Positions 1 through 9,848 of a stretch of DNA of 64,000 nt are shown here, piece by piece (position 1 is the stretch's first letter; each line of letters begins with the position of its first letter). The position numbers were made by a program, and so were the translations under genes. Where the stretch lies: positions 62,001 through 126,000 of the IMG/VR virus record IMGVR_UViG_3300048591_000147. One strand, given 5' to 3'. Under the pieces are notes generated by a model. It was given only the letters and a program-made list of their open reading frames with translations, did no database searches and was not told where the DNA came from.

Positions 1-61
1 AGATACAGGCTTGACCGTGTCACTGTATCTGGCGTCGAAGAACTCGAATGGAATAAAAATC

Positions 62-253
62 ATGAGCACTAAATTCAAATATCTAATCAGAGATTATTCA
101 AGAGTTAACTATAATAGTATGCTTATTGAACGCAACATCAATATCCTCGGAGATGATGGATGGGAATTAGTAAGTGTTAGATGGGAAGGCGATCTCACGC
201 AGTGTTTCTTTAAGAAAACTATAAATATTATAGCAAACACTGGACCGAGATGA
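62..253 (+). CDS. small DUF4177-like protein
   Basis: GWELVSV motif followed by an FKK ending; start moved to the ATG at 62. Confidence 0.5.
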   Translation: MSTKFKYLIRDYSRVNYNSMLIERNINILGDDGWELVSVRWEGDLTQCFFKKTINIIANTGPR

Positions 254-561
254 AACGACCATTAAAATTGTCAATTAAATTAGATCTACCTTGCGGATGT
301 GTGGAAGAACACACCTTTGATGAGGGAGAGATAGTATATTTTATTGAGCGCGAAGATAAATTATTAGATCAAGAACTATTTGGTTTCTGGATCAACCAGA
401 AGATCAACAAACACCTGTGCGTTGCATCTACCGAAGATGTGGAAAGATATTTATTATTGGTTGTGAACGAAGCTTATAGAGACAGAACTGACTATGAAGA
501 AGATGTAGTCAGATTTTTAGCCAACATGTACGCGAAGAAAGAGCGTAAGAAAATTGTATGA
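250..561 (+). CDS. hypothetical protein
   Basis: 103-aa ORF, ATGA-coupled to the upstream ORF. Confidence 0.7.
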   Translation: MKRPLKLSIKLDLPCGCVEEHTFDEGEIVYFIEREDKLLDQELFGFWINQKINKHLCVASTEDVERYLLLVVNEAYRDRTDYEEDVVRFLANMYAKKERKKIV

Positions 562-730
562 CTTTATTTTACATTCTCCCACTAATAGTATTAATCACAA
601 TCGCCTGCTCAATTGACCATAGTTCTTTTGATGGTATAATTTTATTTGTTATAGCATTTGTCCCGATCATAAACATCCTTGTTCTGGTCTTCCTACTTTA
701 TTTGTTTATAACTTCCTACAGAAATCCTAA

Positions 731-1258
731 TTAAAAGAATTTCTTGAACCTATCCTTCCATGATGGAGGGGTTGTGCTAGGATCGGATGCTGTCTGAGCT
801 TTAAGAGAGGCAGCAGCTTCTGGTGATGTATTACGAGGTCCAACATTCAATGGAGCCAATGAACCGACATTTCGCCCGTTGCTGTTCTGTTCCATTTCAT
901 AATTATATCGGATATTATCTACGATATCATCGACAAGTTTGCCAGCGGTCTGTAGGTTGCTCATGATACGAGAGGTATTCTTTTTGACAGATTCCTTTCC
1001 AGCTTTGTATTTCTCTAGAGCTTCAGGGTCTTTGGCAAACTTTTCTTTATCCATTAAATAGAATTTGCTTAATTTCTTGACCAGTGCCATTCCACGTCTA
1101 GCGGCTTCCAATCGTGCGACAGCTAAATCAAACTGCTGATCTATGTCCATGCCTTCAGGAAGATCGCCTGTACCCTCGTTGATCTTCTCTAATTCATTCT
1201 GAAGGATTTCAACTTGAGTAGAACTCAAGTTGTCCTGTATCTCTTTAATTAAACTCAT
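731..1258 (-). CDS. hypothetical protein, probably late-expressed
   Basis: 175-aa ORF with AAGGA RBS and GATAAATA late-promoter-like site upstream on the minus strand. Confidence 0.7.
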   Translation of the reverse strand: MSLIKEIQDNLSSTQVEILQNELEKINEGTGDLPEGMDIDQQFDLAVARLEAARRGMALVKKLSKFYLMDKEKFAKDPEALEKYKAGKESVKKNTSRIMSNLQTAGKLVDDIVDNIRYNYEMEQNSNGRNVGSLAPLNVGPRNTSPEAAASLKAQTASDPSTTPPSWKDRFKKFF

Positions 1259-1292
1259 TTATCGATTCCTTAGATTTAATATATTTATCACA

Positions 1293-1910
1293 TTATGGAC
1301 TTATTTCGTCTAGAATAACCTGAGTGCCACGAATCGAAGCGATTCTGTATTTCTTAAAATCGATGGTATAAATCTTGTCGTGGAGAAAGGTGTCGTATTC
1401 GTGAGGAAGGTATTTTTTCAAAAATTTGGCTTTTGACATCCTAACACCTTCAACATAATACAAATATTGTGGTTTCTTCTGATCTGGATACTGAGTTATG
1501 GAAGCTGGGCCAGATATATTATGCTGTTTATGTCTAATCCACCACTCCCGATGAACGATTGAACCATCTTCAGCATAATAAATCACAGCAGGACCGTTTT
1601 CTCTATGTAATTTTCCTGCACGGTGCCAACGCTCAACGTCTGGCTGACCATTTCGATGATATGTTATCATTGCGGGTAAATCATTGCCCCTATGAAGAGC
1701 ACCATCAATGTAATATTCTTCTATTATCTTAAAGTTGGGTGTTGTGTGTACACCAAATCGTTGGACGGCTGGACCTGTTTCACAATGAAATATTTCACGC
1801 TCCGCATCTTTATATTTGTTTGCTTCAGCTAATCGCATTGGGTTATCGTAATAAATGTGCCCAACGAAACAACCATCAATAAATCCAAGGTCTTTGTAAA
1901 TTCTAGCCAT
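1293..1910 (-). CDS. LHRxxGPA-repeat (MORN/YwqK-like) protein
   Basis: Repeated LHRGNDLPAMITY / LHRENGPAVIYY / HNISGPASITQY units. Confidence 0.65.
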   Translation of the reverse strand: MARIYKDLGFIDGCFVGHIYYDNPMRLAEANKYKDAEREIFHCETGPAVQRFGVHTTPNFKIIEEYYIDGALHRGNDLPAMITYHRNGQPDVERWHRAGKLHRENGPAVIYYAEDGSIVHREWWIRHKQHNISGPASITQYPDQKKPQYLYYVEGVRMSKAKFLKKYLPHEYDTFLHDKIYTIDFKKYRIASIRGTQVILDEISP

Positions 1911-2005
1911 AATGTAATTCCAGTAGTCATTAGTGACGACGAGTCTAGCACAAGATCAAAAATTGCGCTACAATGTGCGTCACAAATCATACAAGGTAAT
2001 TTATT

Positions 2006-2335
2006 ATGAATGTTCAAATTATTCATAGAACAGAAGGGCGATACGTAACATATGAAGATTACTATGCGCAAATGGAAAGCCTGACGGATTCAATAAACAA
2101 ACTTCAGGCAGAAGTAGAGTCATATAAACCAAATGTGAATTCGTCGTTTATCATCAAATATCAGCATACACCAGTTCGGTCGCTGAACAACGAGGCATAC
2201 GCTGGAGACTATGCAACTCTTATAGCTAAGTTGCAAGAGTTAAATCATAGTAGCAACATTAGTTCCATAAGAGTCTTCGCATTGCATGAGTTGCCAGTAG
2301 TCACACAATCAATCACCGTTAAATTACCGGAGTGA
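2006..2335 (+). CDS. hypothetical coiled-coil protein, paralogue of 2342..2725
   Basis: G.YV.Y.D motif and a C-terminal FAL.E.P...LPE tail shared with the next ORF. Confidence 0.75.
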   Translation: MNVQIIHRTEGRYVTYEDYYAQMESLTDSINKLQAEVESYKPNVNSSFIIKYQHTPVRSLNNEAYAGDYATLIAKLQELNHSSNISSIRVFALHELPVVTQSITVKLPE

Positions 2336-2341
2336 AGAAAG

Positions 2342-2725
2342 ATGAGTATTGATAGATATTCACAACCAACCACAGCAGATCTTTATCCTTCTGCCAATGG
2401 CAAATATGTAAAATATGATGACCATCATAATGAGGTCATACGACTCAAAGAGATCATTAATAATTTATATGATCAGTTGAGTGAAATTAGCACACTCAAG
2501 GCTATGGTAGATACACTTAAGCCGACTGAAAATTCAAAGTTCGTGGTGATGTACAAAACCGAAAGTGGTGGGTATGATTACACGTTAAAATATCAAAGAT
2601 GGTTCAAGCATGCAGTTGAGCGTGTAAATCAATTACAAAAAGATCCAGACGTGTTTGACGTTAAAGCATTTGCATTGACCGAAGTACCTATAGTAGAATC
2701 ACTGACAATCCAACTACCAGAGTAA
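2342..2725 (+). CDS. hypothetical coiled-coil protein, paralogue of 2006..2335
   Basis: GKYVKYDDH motif and AFALTEVPIVESLTIQLPE tail. Confidence 0.75.
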   Translation: MSIDRYSQPTTADLYPSANGKYVKYDDHHNEVIRLKEIINNLYDQLSEISTLKAMVDTLKPTENSKFVVMYKTESGGYDYTLKYQRWFKHAVERVNQLQKDPDVFDVKAFALTEVPIVESLTIQLPE

Positions 2726-3468
2726 AGTTATGAGCGAATCCAATAAAAAGTACGTGTTGGTGATGAATCTGGTTGTTATGTGATTGAATGGTAAGTCCAA
2801 AAACAAAAACGTAATTTTATTCTTGACTATCCAAGCCACACCAGATATATTGGAGTGGTGGTAAAAAAGTCCACACCAACTATTTGATAGGGGGTGTAAG
2901 GGGTAACCCTAACGTATGCGTTAGTCTTTAATTAATAGATGGCTCTGGAGCGATCAGGATATACAAGGACGTCTAAATGATTGATATTAGGGCTATTTAT
3001 GAATATTTTGACATTTTTGGGAATTTTCTGGTAAGCGTGTGGCCGTTTTTTGAGTGTGGATTGTGTATAGAATTCAAGTGGTCAAATTGACCATGTGGGT
3101 GGCGTAATACGCCATGTGGGTAAAATGAGTGGGGGTTGGTGGTAATGTATGGGGAAAAGTGGTAAAGCCGATGAGTGGTATGTAAAGAACAAGTGTGGTA
3201 AAAATACCACAAACCTCAAGCAAAATGTTAAATGTTTTAGGAATGATATAAATAGATTTGTTGCGAAGTTGTGGCTGGTAATGTGTTGATAATATTGAAG
3301 AAAACAATTTAGTAATAATTTTGGAAATGAATTAAATTGTGGTAAAAATGAGACATACGGTGGCGATTTTGGAAGAACGTGTACAAAATTGAAGAGGGTA
3401 CTTCTCGTTCAAAATGTCTTTAAAATCAATGACTTAGCGCACTTTTTCCGCACGATATTCATCTTAAA

Positions 3469-3506
3469 TTAACACAATTTTAACGATATTTTAACGAAAT
3501 TTTAAC
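3469..3506. repeat. four TTAAC units at exact 11-bp period
   Basis: TTAAC at 3469, 3480, 3491 and 3502 inside a 1.4-kb region without credible genes. Confidence 0.75.
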
Positions 3507-3929
3507 ATTTCAGACCCTCCCTCAACCCTCCAGTATAGCATAAAAACCCTCATTTGTCAAGCTTTTTCGACGATTTTCACCATCTGTTACAATCATCGTT
3601 CAGTTTGGCTTAACATTTGAAGAAAATTCACATTTTTCTATAAATTTTGGTCAGACGCTCCGCCTACAAACAGCATACACGAGTAATATATTATTGTCAA
3701 GTCTTGACATGTAATCATTTATAGTGTAGGCGAAACCCTGTTCAGCGTCTGTTCAGGATTGGTATGCTAAAATAGGGTGGAGGTTGGGAGAACTGTGCAA
3801 AATTCTCATCAGAACAGTTTACAATCTCGTTACAAAGTAGGTTTTTCACTGGTATTTCATCGACTTTTTCACCCATTTTGCTTAAAATGTAAAGGAAACT
3901 TGACATTTTCTGTCAAATATTTCGAACGA

Positions 3930-3977
3930 TTCAGGTTCTGTTCAGCTATCATGTGCTAAAATGGGTGCGTGGTCGGA
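3930..3977 (+). repeat. dispersed element copy: tandem TTCAG + TAAAAT + GGGTGCGTGGTCGGA
   Basis: ttcag-gttctg-ttcag-N11-taaaat-gggtgcgtggtcgga; a degenerate copy lies at 3741-3790. Confidence 0.85.
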
Positions 3978-4328
3978 GGGATAGGTCGAATTTCTGGTAA
4001 AAATGTCGATGAACGGTATAAAAAGACCGACGAATGGTGTTTTGCACTAGTGTTTCATCAACTTTTTCGCCATAGTTGCATTAAATTGTCTCTCATGGTA
4101 TGCTTTAGGCTCATCCAACGATCAAAAAGGCACTAGATGAACCCTAATAAGAAGAAAGAAGAACAGTCTAGCAACATGATGGATATGGCAGAGTCTGTCA
4201 TTAGCATCGCTGCTGACATCGTGGAGCTTAGTGCTAGTGCTGCGACTACTGTAGTCGATCATGGCTGTAGCGCTGGCAAGGCTATTGTAGAGAGTATGTG
4301 TGATATCGGATCATTCTTGGATTGACCC

Positions 4329-5054
4329 ATGAAAATTTTTTCAAACTTCAAAGACTATTACGATCACGTTCAAGCCTTCGGGCAGGATGAGGATGTTTCC
4401 TATATCCGTGCTACCAAGACGTATTGCGATCCCTATCGCAACCATTCCTATTTTCGTAATAACAATAAATGGGATTCAAGATATGTCTGGTATAAGGTTA
4501 TTCTTGATGGGGATGGTCGAGAGACTCTAGTTCATCGTGATCCTGAAGAACATATTATAACTCATGCTGGTTGGGGTGGTAATGTCATCACTGTGCACTT
4601 TTGTGGCAAAGTGTATTACGCCATTGAGCATAATGTTCACTCTACCCTTAAGAAGGAATACTTCTACGATCCTGCCAAGTATGAGAAATGGTTTAACGAA
4701 ACCAATCGCAGTCGTTATGATCGGTATTATCTAAAATCCGAATTGGAATTGCTTGCCAGCAATGGTAAGGTTGATCAGCGAGAATTGAACAAGATCAATC
4801 GAACGCCTATCATTCTGATCAAGAAAACTTATGAAGGTTTGTATAATATCCACAATCCTCGTCTAAATGTAATTGAGTTTCAAAAGGTTGTTGATCCTTA
4901 TACTGCATTCATGGAATTGGATATGTTTCTTTCAGGTGTGCTTGGCAAGACTGGCGGGGATATGGTTACAATCTCTGACAAAGACAAGATTGACAAGCAT
5001 GGGTTTGACATGCAATATGGATTCCGTACTCGTCCTAAAGGTGTATCAGCGTGA
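4329..5054 (+). CDS. phage hypothetical protein
   Basis: 241-aa ORF beginning MKIFSNFKDYYD and ending KHGFD...GFR; coupled to its neighbours. Confidence 0.8.
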   Translation: MKIFSNFKDYYDHVQAFGQDEDVSYIRATKTYCDPYRNHSYFRNNNKWDSRYVWYKVILDGDGRETLVHRDPEEHIITHAGWGGNVITVHFCGKVYYAIEHNVHSTLKKEYFYDPAKYEKWFNETNRSRYDRYYLKSELELLASNGKVDQRELNKINRTPIILIKKTYEGLYNIHNPRLNVIEFQKVVDPYTAFMELDMFLSGVLGKTGGDMVTISDKDKIDKHGFDMQYGFRTRPKGVSA

Positions 5055-5368
5055 TCTTTGAGATTTCTTTTATAGCCGCAGCCATAGTGGTTGGGAGTGT
5101 TGTTGGATTCTGGATTGGCAAGTCCTATACAGATAACAAGACTACTGTGCGTCTGCGAAAGCGTGGTTACACCATAAAGAATGTGACTAGCTATGGCTAC
5201 CATGCTGGCTATAAATTTGTCTATAATGGTTTTAATGATAAGCTTCAGACGGTTCTATCAGAAGGTCCAACGTTGCCAGAATGGGATGATGCTGTGGCCA
5301 ATGCGGATGCCCACTATTACGCCAAGACCATCAAAGATTCACCGTTTGACATCAACAAAGTTTGTTGA
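5051..5368 (+). CDS. membrane-anchored hypothetical protein
   Basis: N-terminal hydrophobic segment; GTGA overlap with the upstream stop. Confidence 0.65.
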   Translation: MIFEISFIAAAIVVGSVVGFWIGKSYTDNKTTVRLRKRGYTIKNVTSYGYHAGYKFVYNGFNDKLQTVLSEGPTLPEWDDAVANADAHYYAKTIKDSPFDINKVC

Positions 5369-5439
5369 TATCATTTGTTTCACACAAATGATTCGCTACG
5401 CGATATCATTACATCCTACGAACTGAAGAGATAGATTAA

Positions 5440-5784
5440 ATGAATGTCCGACGATATAGGGTAAATCGCGCTGGTCAGCTTGAAGAATCTGACACTGGCT
5501 TGGTGCTCCGTGTTTGCGATCATTGGAAGGAAGTTGAGAGACTTCAGAAGATCATTGATGAACAAAGTGTGACCATTAAAAAGTTGAAGGCGAACAAACA
5601 GAGTTTCTTTCTTGTGCAGCGATGGTATGGTAGTTCTAACCCAGAAAGGGACGTCAAGGATTACAATGAATTGCAAAGCTTCCTTGACTATTTGGCAGAA
5701 GATAAATCCATCACTGCCATTACCGTCTGTGCATTGCAACCTATTAAGGTCACTTGTAAGCAAGTGTTGACAGTCGAACTGTAA
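5440..5784 (+). CDS. hypothetical protein, distant paralogue of 2006/2342
   Basis: Same layout: short N-terminus, coiled coil, C-terminal ALQPI...VLTVEL. Confidence 0.7.
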   Translation: MNVRRYRVNRAGQLEESDTGLVLRVCDHWKEVERLQKIIDEQSVTIKKLKANKQSFFLVQRWYGSSNPERDVKDYNELQSFLDYLAEDKSITAITVCALQPIKVTCKQVLTVEL

Positions 5785-5822
5785 TCATATACACTAGCTA
5801 CATCAAATCAGGAAGTAAGACA

Positions 5823-6080
5823 ATGTCTGAAGAAACCAAAGTCCTCCTGTTAAAGGAACAGTTGCGGGAGATTTCTACACGGGTGCGTAATGATCTGACT
5901 GAAAAGTTCATTGCCAGCCTTGTTGGATATCTCAGGAACCGTGCCTTGGGTGGCTACACATTCTATGAAAGTGGTCCCATTCCTGATAATATTTGTAAAG
6001 AACAGTTGAAGGAATGGTTCAAGAGCGAAAAGATGATTATGTCTGTCAGGCATGATGACTCTATTGCTGTATACTGGTAA
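5823..6080 (+). CDS. hypothetical protein, tandem paralogue of 6115..6384
   Basis: RALGGY...IPDNICKEQL versus RAQAGY...VPTNICRDTL. Confidence 0.7.
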   Translation: MSEETKVLLLKEQLREISTRVRNDLTEKFIASLVGYLRNRALGGYTFYESGPIPDNICKEQLKEWFKSEKMIMSVRHDDSIAVYW

Positions 6081-6114
6081 TCCATTAAACCCCATCACGT
6101 AAAGGTATAATAAA

Positions 6115-6384
6115 ATGAAAGTTCTTTTGATTCGCTCCATGACTCAGGTCGGTCGCGCTGAAAGCACTACCAATTTCTATGCGGTCATCCTTGACCTGAT
6201 TGTCAAGCGTGCGCAGGCAGGCTATGGTGATCTGAAGTATGAAAAGGTTCCCACGAATATTTGCAGGGATACCCTTGTCTCGCAATTGCGAAATGATGGC
6301 TTCGCGGCTTCAGTCCGTCCCTATGCTGGTTGTCTGTCAGGATTGCGTGAATGGGACGTCCTGAACGTCGAATGGACAAACTGA
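6115..6384 (+). CDS. hypothetical protein, tandem paralogue of 5823..6080
   Basis: Shared motifs as listed for 5823..6080. Confidence 0.7.
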   Translation: MKVLLIRSMTQVGRAESTTNFYAVILDLIVKRAQAGYGDLKYEKVPTNICRDTLVSQLRNDGFAASVRPYAGCLSGLREWDVLNVEWTN

Positions 6385-6606
6385 AATGTTTGAGTTCCTT
6401 TGCTGGCTGTTTGTAGTACTCACGTTCATGTTTCTTGCAACTTCTGATGCAGAGCAGCATGCGCAAATCAGTTCAGCACGTATCGAAGTAGCACAGAAAC
6501 TATGTGCTGAACGTGGAGTGGAGTGGATCTCTCTACGAAAGGTTAAGTGCAAAGACAATTCCGTGTATACTAACTACTATGTCGAAACGAACTAGGATAT
6601 AATCAA

Positions 6607-7122
6607 ATGAGTATTGAAGCGCGTATTGCTGCTGTCAAACAGGCATTGGAAGACTATAAGAAATCCTTTGTGCCTCCTGCCATCACTTGGGATGAATTCT
6701 GGGAACCGTACAAGGCGATCATTCCCCAGATTGCAAGTGGAGAGAACTTCACTTATGAGAATGAATGTGATGTGGAATTCACTCCATTCTATGATGACGA
6801 TATCGAAAAGTGGCGGCTATTCGCATATTCATTTGATCTTGAACGTAATGATGACGATGGCTTGTGTATCTTAATCTATTACTTCGATGGTGATTGTAGC
6901 TGGGAACCATTCGAACAGATCACTGTCGAGGATGATTTTAGTGATGCGTATAATCGATTCTTCAACACTGACGATTACTTTATCGGTTGGACTGAATACC
7001 ATCTCTGGTGTGCTGAGAATGGTGGCGTTGATCCGTTGAAAGAATTCTTTCACAGTGCAACTACTGTCGAGAATCATCTTAGCGCCGCTGAAGATACTAT
7101 CAGAGTCCTTTCTAAGCCCTAA
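6607..7122 (+). CDS. acidic hypothetical protein
   Basis: 171-aa D/E-rich ORF with AGGA RBS. Confidence 0.75.
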   Translation: MSIEARIAAVKQALEDYKKSFVPPAITWDEFWEPYKAIIPQIASGENFTYENECDVEFTPFYDDDIEKWRLFAYSFDLERNDDDGLCILIYYFDGDCSWEPFEQITVEDDFSDAYNRFFNTDDYFIGWTEYHLWCAENGGVDPLKEFFHSATTVENHLSAAEDTIRVLSKP

Positions 7123-7890
7123 TTGATTAAAAATGTCGGTTGACTTCCATGTGGGCTAGCGTATAATAGGCTTCACAAACGAGGATACAACCGATGGCAT
7201 ACGCAGATATTAAAGCATTGATCGAAAATTGTAATGACGTAAATGAATTGAATGCGCTTTTAGCAGAGTTAAGTGCTGCTTTAGCAAACTTGAATTAACA
7301 CCACGTCATAGCGCTACACAAAAAGCCCAAGCCCATCTTGGGCTTTTTGTTCATGTGGCGTTCAGGTTCAGGCCCGTATAATGTAATCTTACTCACTGGA
7401 GCAAAGATATGGCGATCATGCGGATCATGCGAGTTCAAAATGCGTTTAACGCATTCCTTTCCACCATCCGGGACGAAGTGTCGATCCCATCTGTCAACGC
7501 CACTGGCAACAATGATATTGCTTTTATCATTGCGGACGCTTTGGCAACGATCAATCCCGATGATGACAATGCGCAGCAGATTGCAACCAATCTGTCCTTT
7601 GTATTTGATAATATCGGTCGGAGCTATTAATCATGAAAACCGATAAAGACGAAGAGAAAAAGGTGATCGTTTATTCACTCAACATGGCGGAAGCTTGCGC
7701 GATAATTGCGTCACTTGCGAATCAGATGGCTGCGATAGACAAAGGTGTGTCGCATGGTGTTGTTTCAATGGGCTGTGATGGTGTGCGAATTGTTTTTGGT
7801 ATCAATTGTATAGCTTAATTCAGTTTCATTCAGCTACTGTTCAGTTTCATGTGATATAATTCAATCTTACTCACTAGGGCGAACATCATC

Positions 7891-8631
7891 ATGACTTTCA
7901 AATTGCTGGCAGTATCGGGTGATGCAAAGACCATCAAGGGCGAAAAGATCGGAATTCTTACGGGTGTGATGTATTTTGCACCCGTAGACTTGTCAGGATA
8001 TCAGGTGTGTGCGAAGGCTACGGTTGCATGTAGCGCAGCATGCTTGTTCACTGCTGGTCGTGGTGTGTATCAGAATGTTCGCAATGGTCGCATGCGCAAG
8101 ACTAAATTGTTTTTCGAAAATCGCGAATTGTTTATGTCCACGTTGTATGAGGATGTACGCAAGCTAGTGGTTCGCGCTAAGAATAAGAAAATGCGCGCGG
8201 TTGTCCGTCCGAATGGTACGTCTGATATTCCTTGGGAAAAGATCGCATTCACTCATAAGGGAAACTATTATCGTAATATCATGGAAGCATTTCCAGAAGT
8301 AACGTTCTATGATTATACGAAAATCATTAATCGTAAGGCTGCGCTGGTGGTCCCGAACTATCATCTGACGTTCTCTCTTGCCGATGGTAACGATAAGGAT
8401 GCACTCAAGGCGCTTGCAATGGGGTTGAATGTTGCCGCTGTCATTCGTTGCAAGCGAAAGGATATCAAGCCTGCTACATTTTCTGGTTTCCCTACGGTGG
8501 ATGGTGACAAGGACGATGCACGTTTCCTTGATAACAAAGGTAGTATTGTATTGTTGCGCGCCAAGGGCAAAGCACAGTATGATGCATCTGGATTCGTGAA
8601 GCCGCTGGATTATCAGATCAAGGGGATTTGA
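7891..8631 (+). CDS. gp88-like Cys-motif protein (putative Fe-S / radical-SAM-like)
   Basis: CAKATVACSAAC, RPNGTSDIPWE, FYDYTK and YHLTFS motifs resemble the phage gp88 family; tandem-TTCAG promoter at 7829-7860. Confidence 0.65.
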   Translation: MTFKLLAVSGDAKTIKGEKIGILTGVMYFAPVDLSGYQVCAKATVACSAACLFTAGRGVYQNVRNGRMRKTKLFFENRELFMSTLYEDVRKLVVRAKNKKMRAVVRPNGTSDIPWEKIAFTHKGNYYRNIMEAFPEVTFYDYTKIINRKAALVVPNYHLTFSLADGNDKDALKALAMGLNVAAVIRCKRKDIKPATFSGFPTVDGDKDDARFLDNKGSIVLLRAKGKAQYDASGFVKPLDYQIKGI

Positions 8632-9144
8632 CAAATGTTAGTAGAACTGGAAAATCACAAATTCGTTCTGGCGCGAGCAATTGATTTACAAATTGAAATG
8701 CTTGGCGAAGTCGCTAATCTGAAACTCAATAGTTATCTGACTATTGGCGATATGTTAACGATGGCCAAGGATTTCTTGATTGGCTATAAAACAATCTGGA
8801 TTAGTGATTGCCTCCGCTATATTGAAAAGGCAAAACACAAGCTTGGTGACAACGTTGGTTCACAAGGTGTTACATTCGAACATTACATTAATACAGTTGA
8901 TTTAGAAACTCGGTTGATCAAAGAGGCAAAACATCTCGGGTTCCGTTTCGTGTATTCAGACTGACCATGCTTGACAGTATAGGCTTTACCTTGTAGAGTG
9001 TAATCCATCGAAAGCGAATAGGTCGCAAATAGAAATTAAATTACAACTGAAACGAAGCGCTTGACAAAGTAATTGATTCAGAGTAGTATAATAAATGTGA
9101 CATCCCGTCACTACCAAACTTAACCATCACTAAGGATATAAATC

Positions 9145-9525
9145 ATGAGTACTGAAAACGCTGTTGAATCCGTTGAATCCACCACTGAAGTTGCTACTGC
9201 GGTTGCCACTGAAGTTGCTGCTGCTGTCGCTACTGAAGTTGCCACTGCCGTGGTTGCTAATGCTGCTGTCAGTGAATCCGAACTCGCTGAAGCCGTCGTG
9301 CATACCAGTGTATCAGCAGTGATCGAAGGTGTGAAGGCGAAGGGTAAGCCGGGTCGCAAGATTGTCCCCGGATCGAACCTCCAACGTGCCAAGTCGATTT
9401 TTACGCGCATGGCTGGTGCTGAACGCGCTGATGTTGTGGCTGCATTCGTCGCAGACAAGATTCCGAAGCCTTCTGCAAATACGTATTACCATTTGATCAA
9501 GAATGCGAGTAGCAATCCGTCCTGA
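9145..9525 (+). CDS. low-complexity acidic N-terminus plus basic putative DNA-binding domain
   Basis: TEVATAVA repeats, then KAKGKPGRK; TTGACA promoter at 9061; terminator at 9630-9661. Confidence 0.7.
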   Translation: MSTENAVESVESTTEVATAVATEVAAAVATEVATAVVANAAVSESELAEAVVHTSVSAVIEGVKAKGKPGRKIVPGSNLQRAKSIFTRMAGAERADVVAAFVADKIPKPSANTYYHLIKNASSNPS

Positions 9526-9629
9526 TCTGTAAGTAAATTGCAATGTGTCAGTTCAGTCATATCCCTAATAACTGACTACTGGAATCCGGCTTGTCCGTGA
9601 AGGTATTGGGAATGACGCATATTTAAAGG

Positions 9630-9661
9630 TGGCTGGCTATCAGACTCCAGCCACTTTTTTA
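9630..9661 (+). terminator. intrinsic terminator
   Basis: GTGGCTGG-loop-CCAGCCAC followed by a T run. Confidence 0.7.
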
Positions 9662-9691
9662 TTTTATTTTTTACATAACTAAAGATAGTCG

Positions 9692-9735
9692 TTGACATGT
9701 AATTAATTACATGCTAAAATGGGCTGGAGGTCGGA
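9692..9735 (+). repeat. dispersed element copy: TTGACA-N17-TAAAAT-GGGCTGGAGGTCGGA
   Basis: Exact sigma70 spacing, with palindromic spacer TGTAATTAATTACA. Confidence 0.85.
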
Positions 9736-9787
9736 ACACTATGGTGGGTAATAGACCTGTTAGTGCAAAGATCGTCGAAAATTTCTG

Positions 9788-9816
9788 TTGACTGATGCAT
9801 TGTATTAGTCTATGAT
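9788..9816 (+). promoter_or_regulatory. sigma70-type early promoter for rIIA (representative of many)
   Basis: TTGACT-N17-TATGAT followed by GAGGA RBS; similar sites at about 8971, 9061, 13990, 16731, 24571, 24868, 27698, 28191, 32394, 42244, 59672 and 61675. Confidence 0.75.
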
Positions 9817-9848
9817 CCTTCCATACTTCAACGACACGAGGAAATGAA

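Noticed and set aside
2997-3959. ORFs 2997..3212, 3074..3307 and 3777..3959
   Set aside because: They translate repetitive or regulatory DNA, with atypical composition and no RBS
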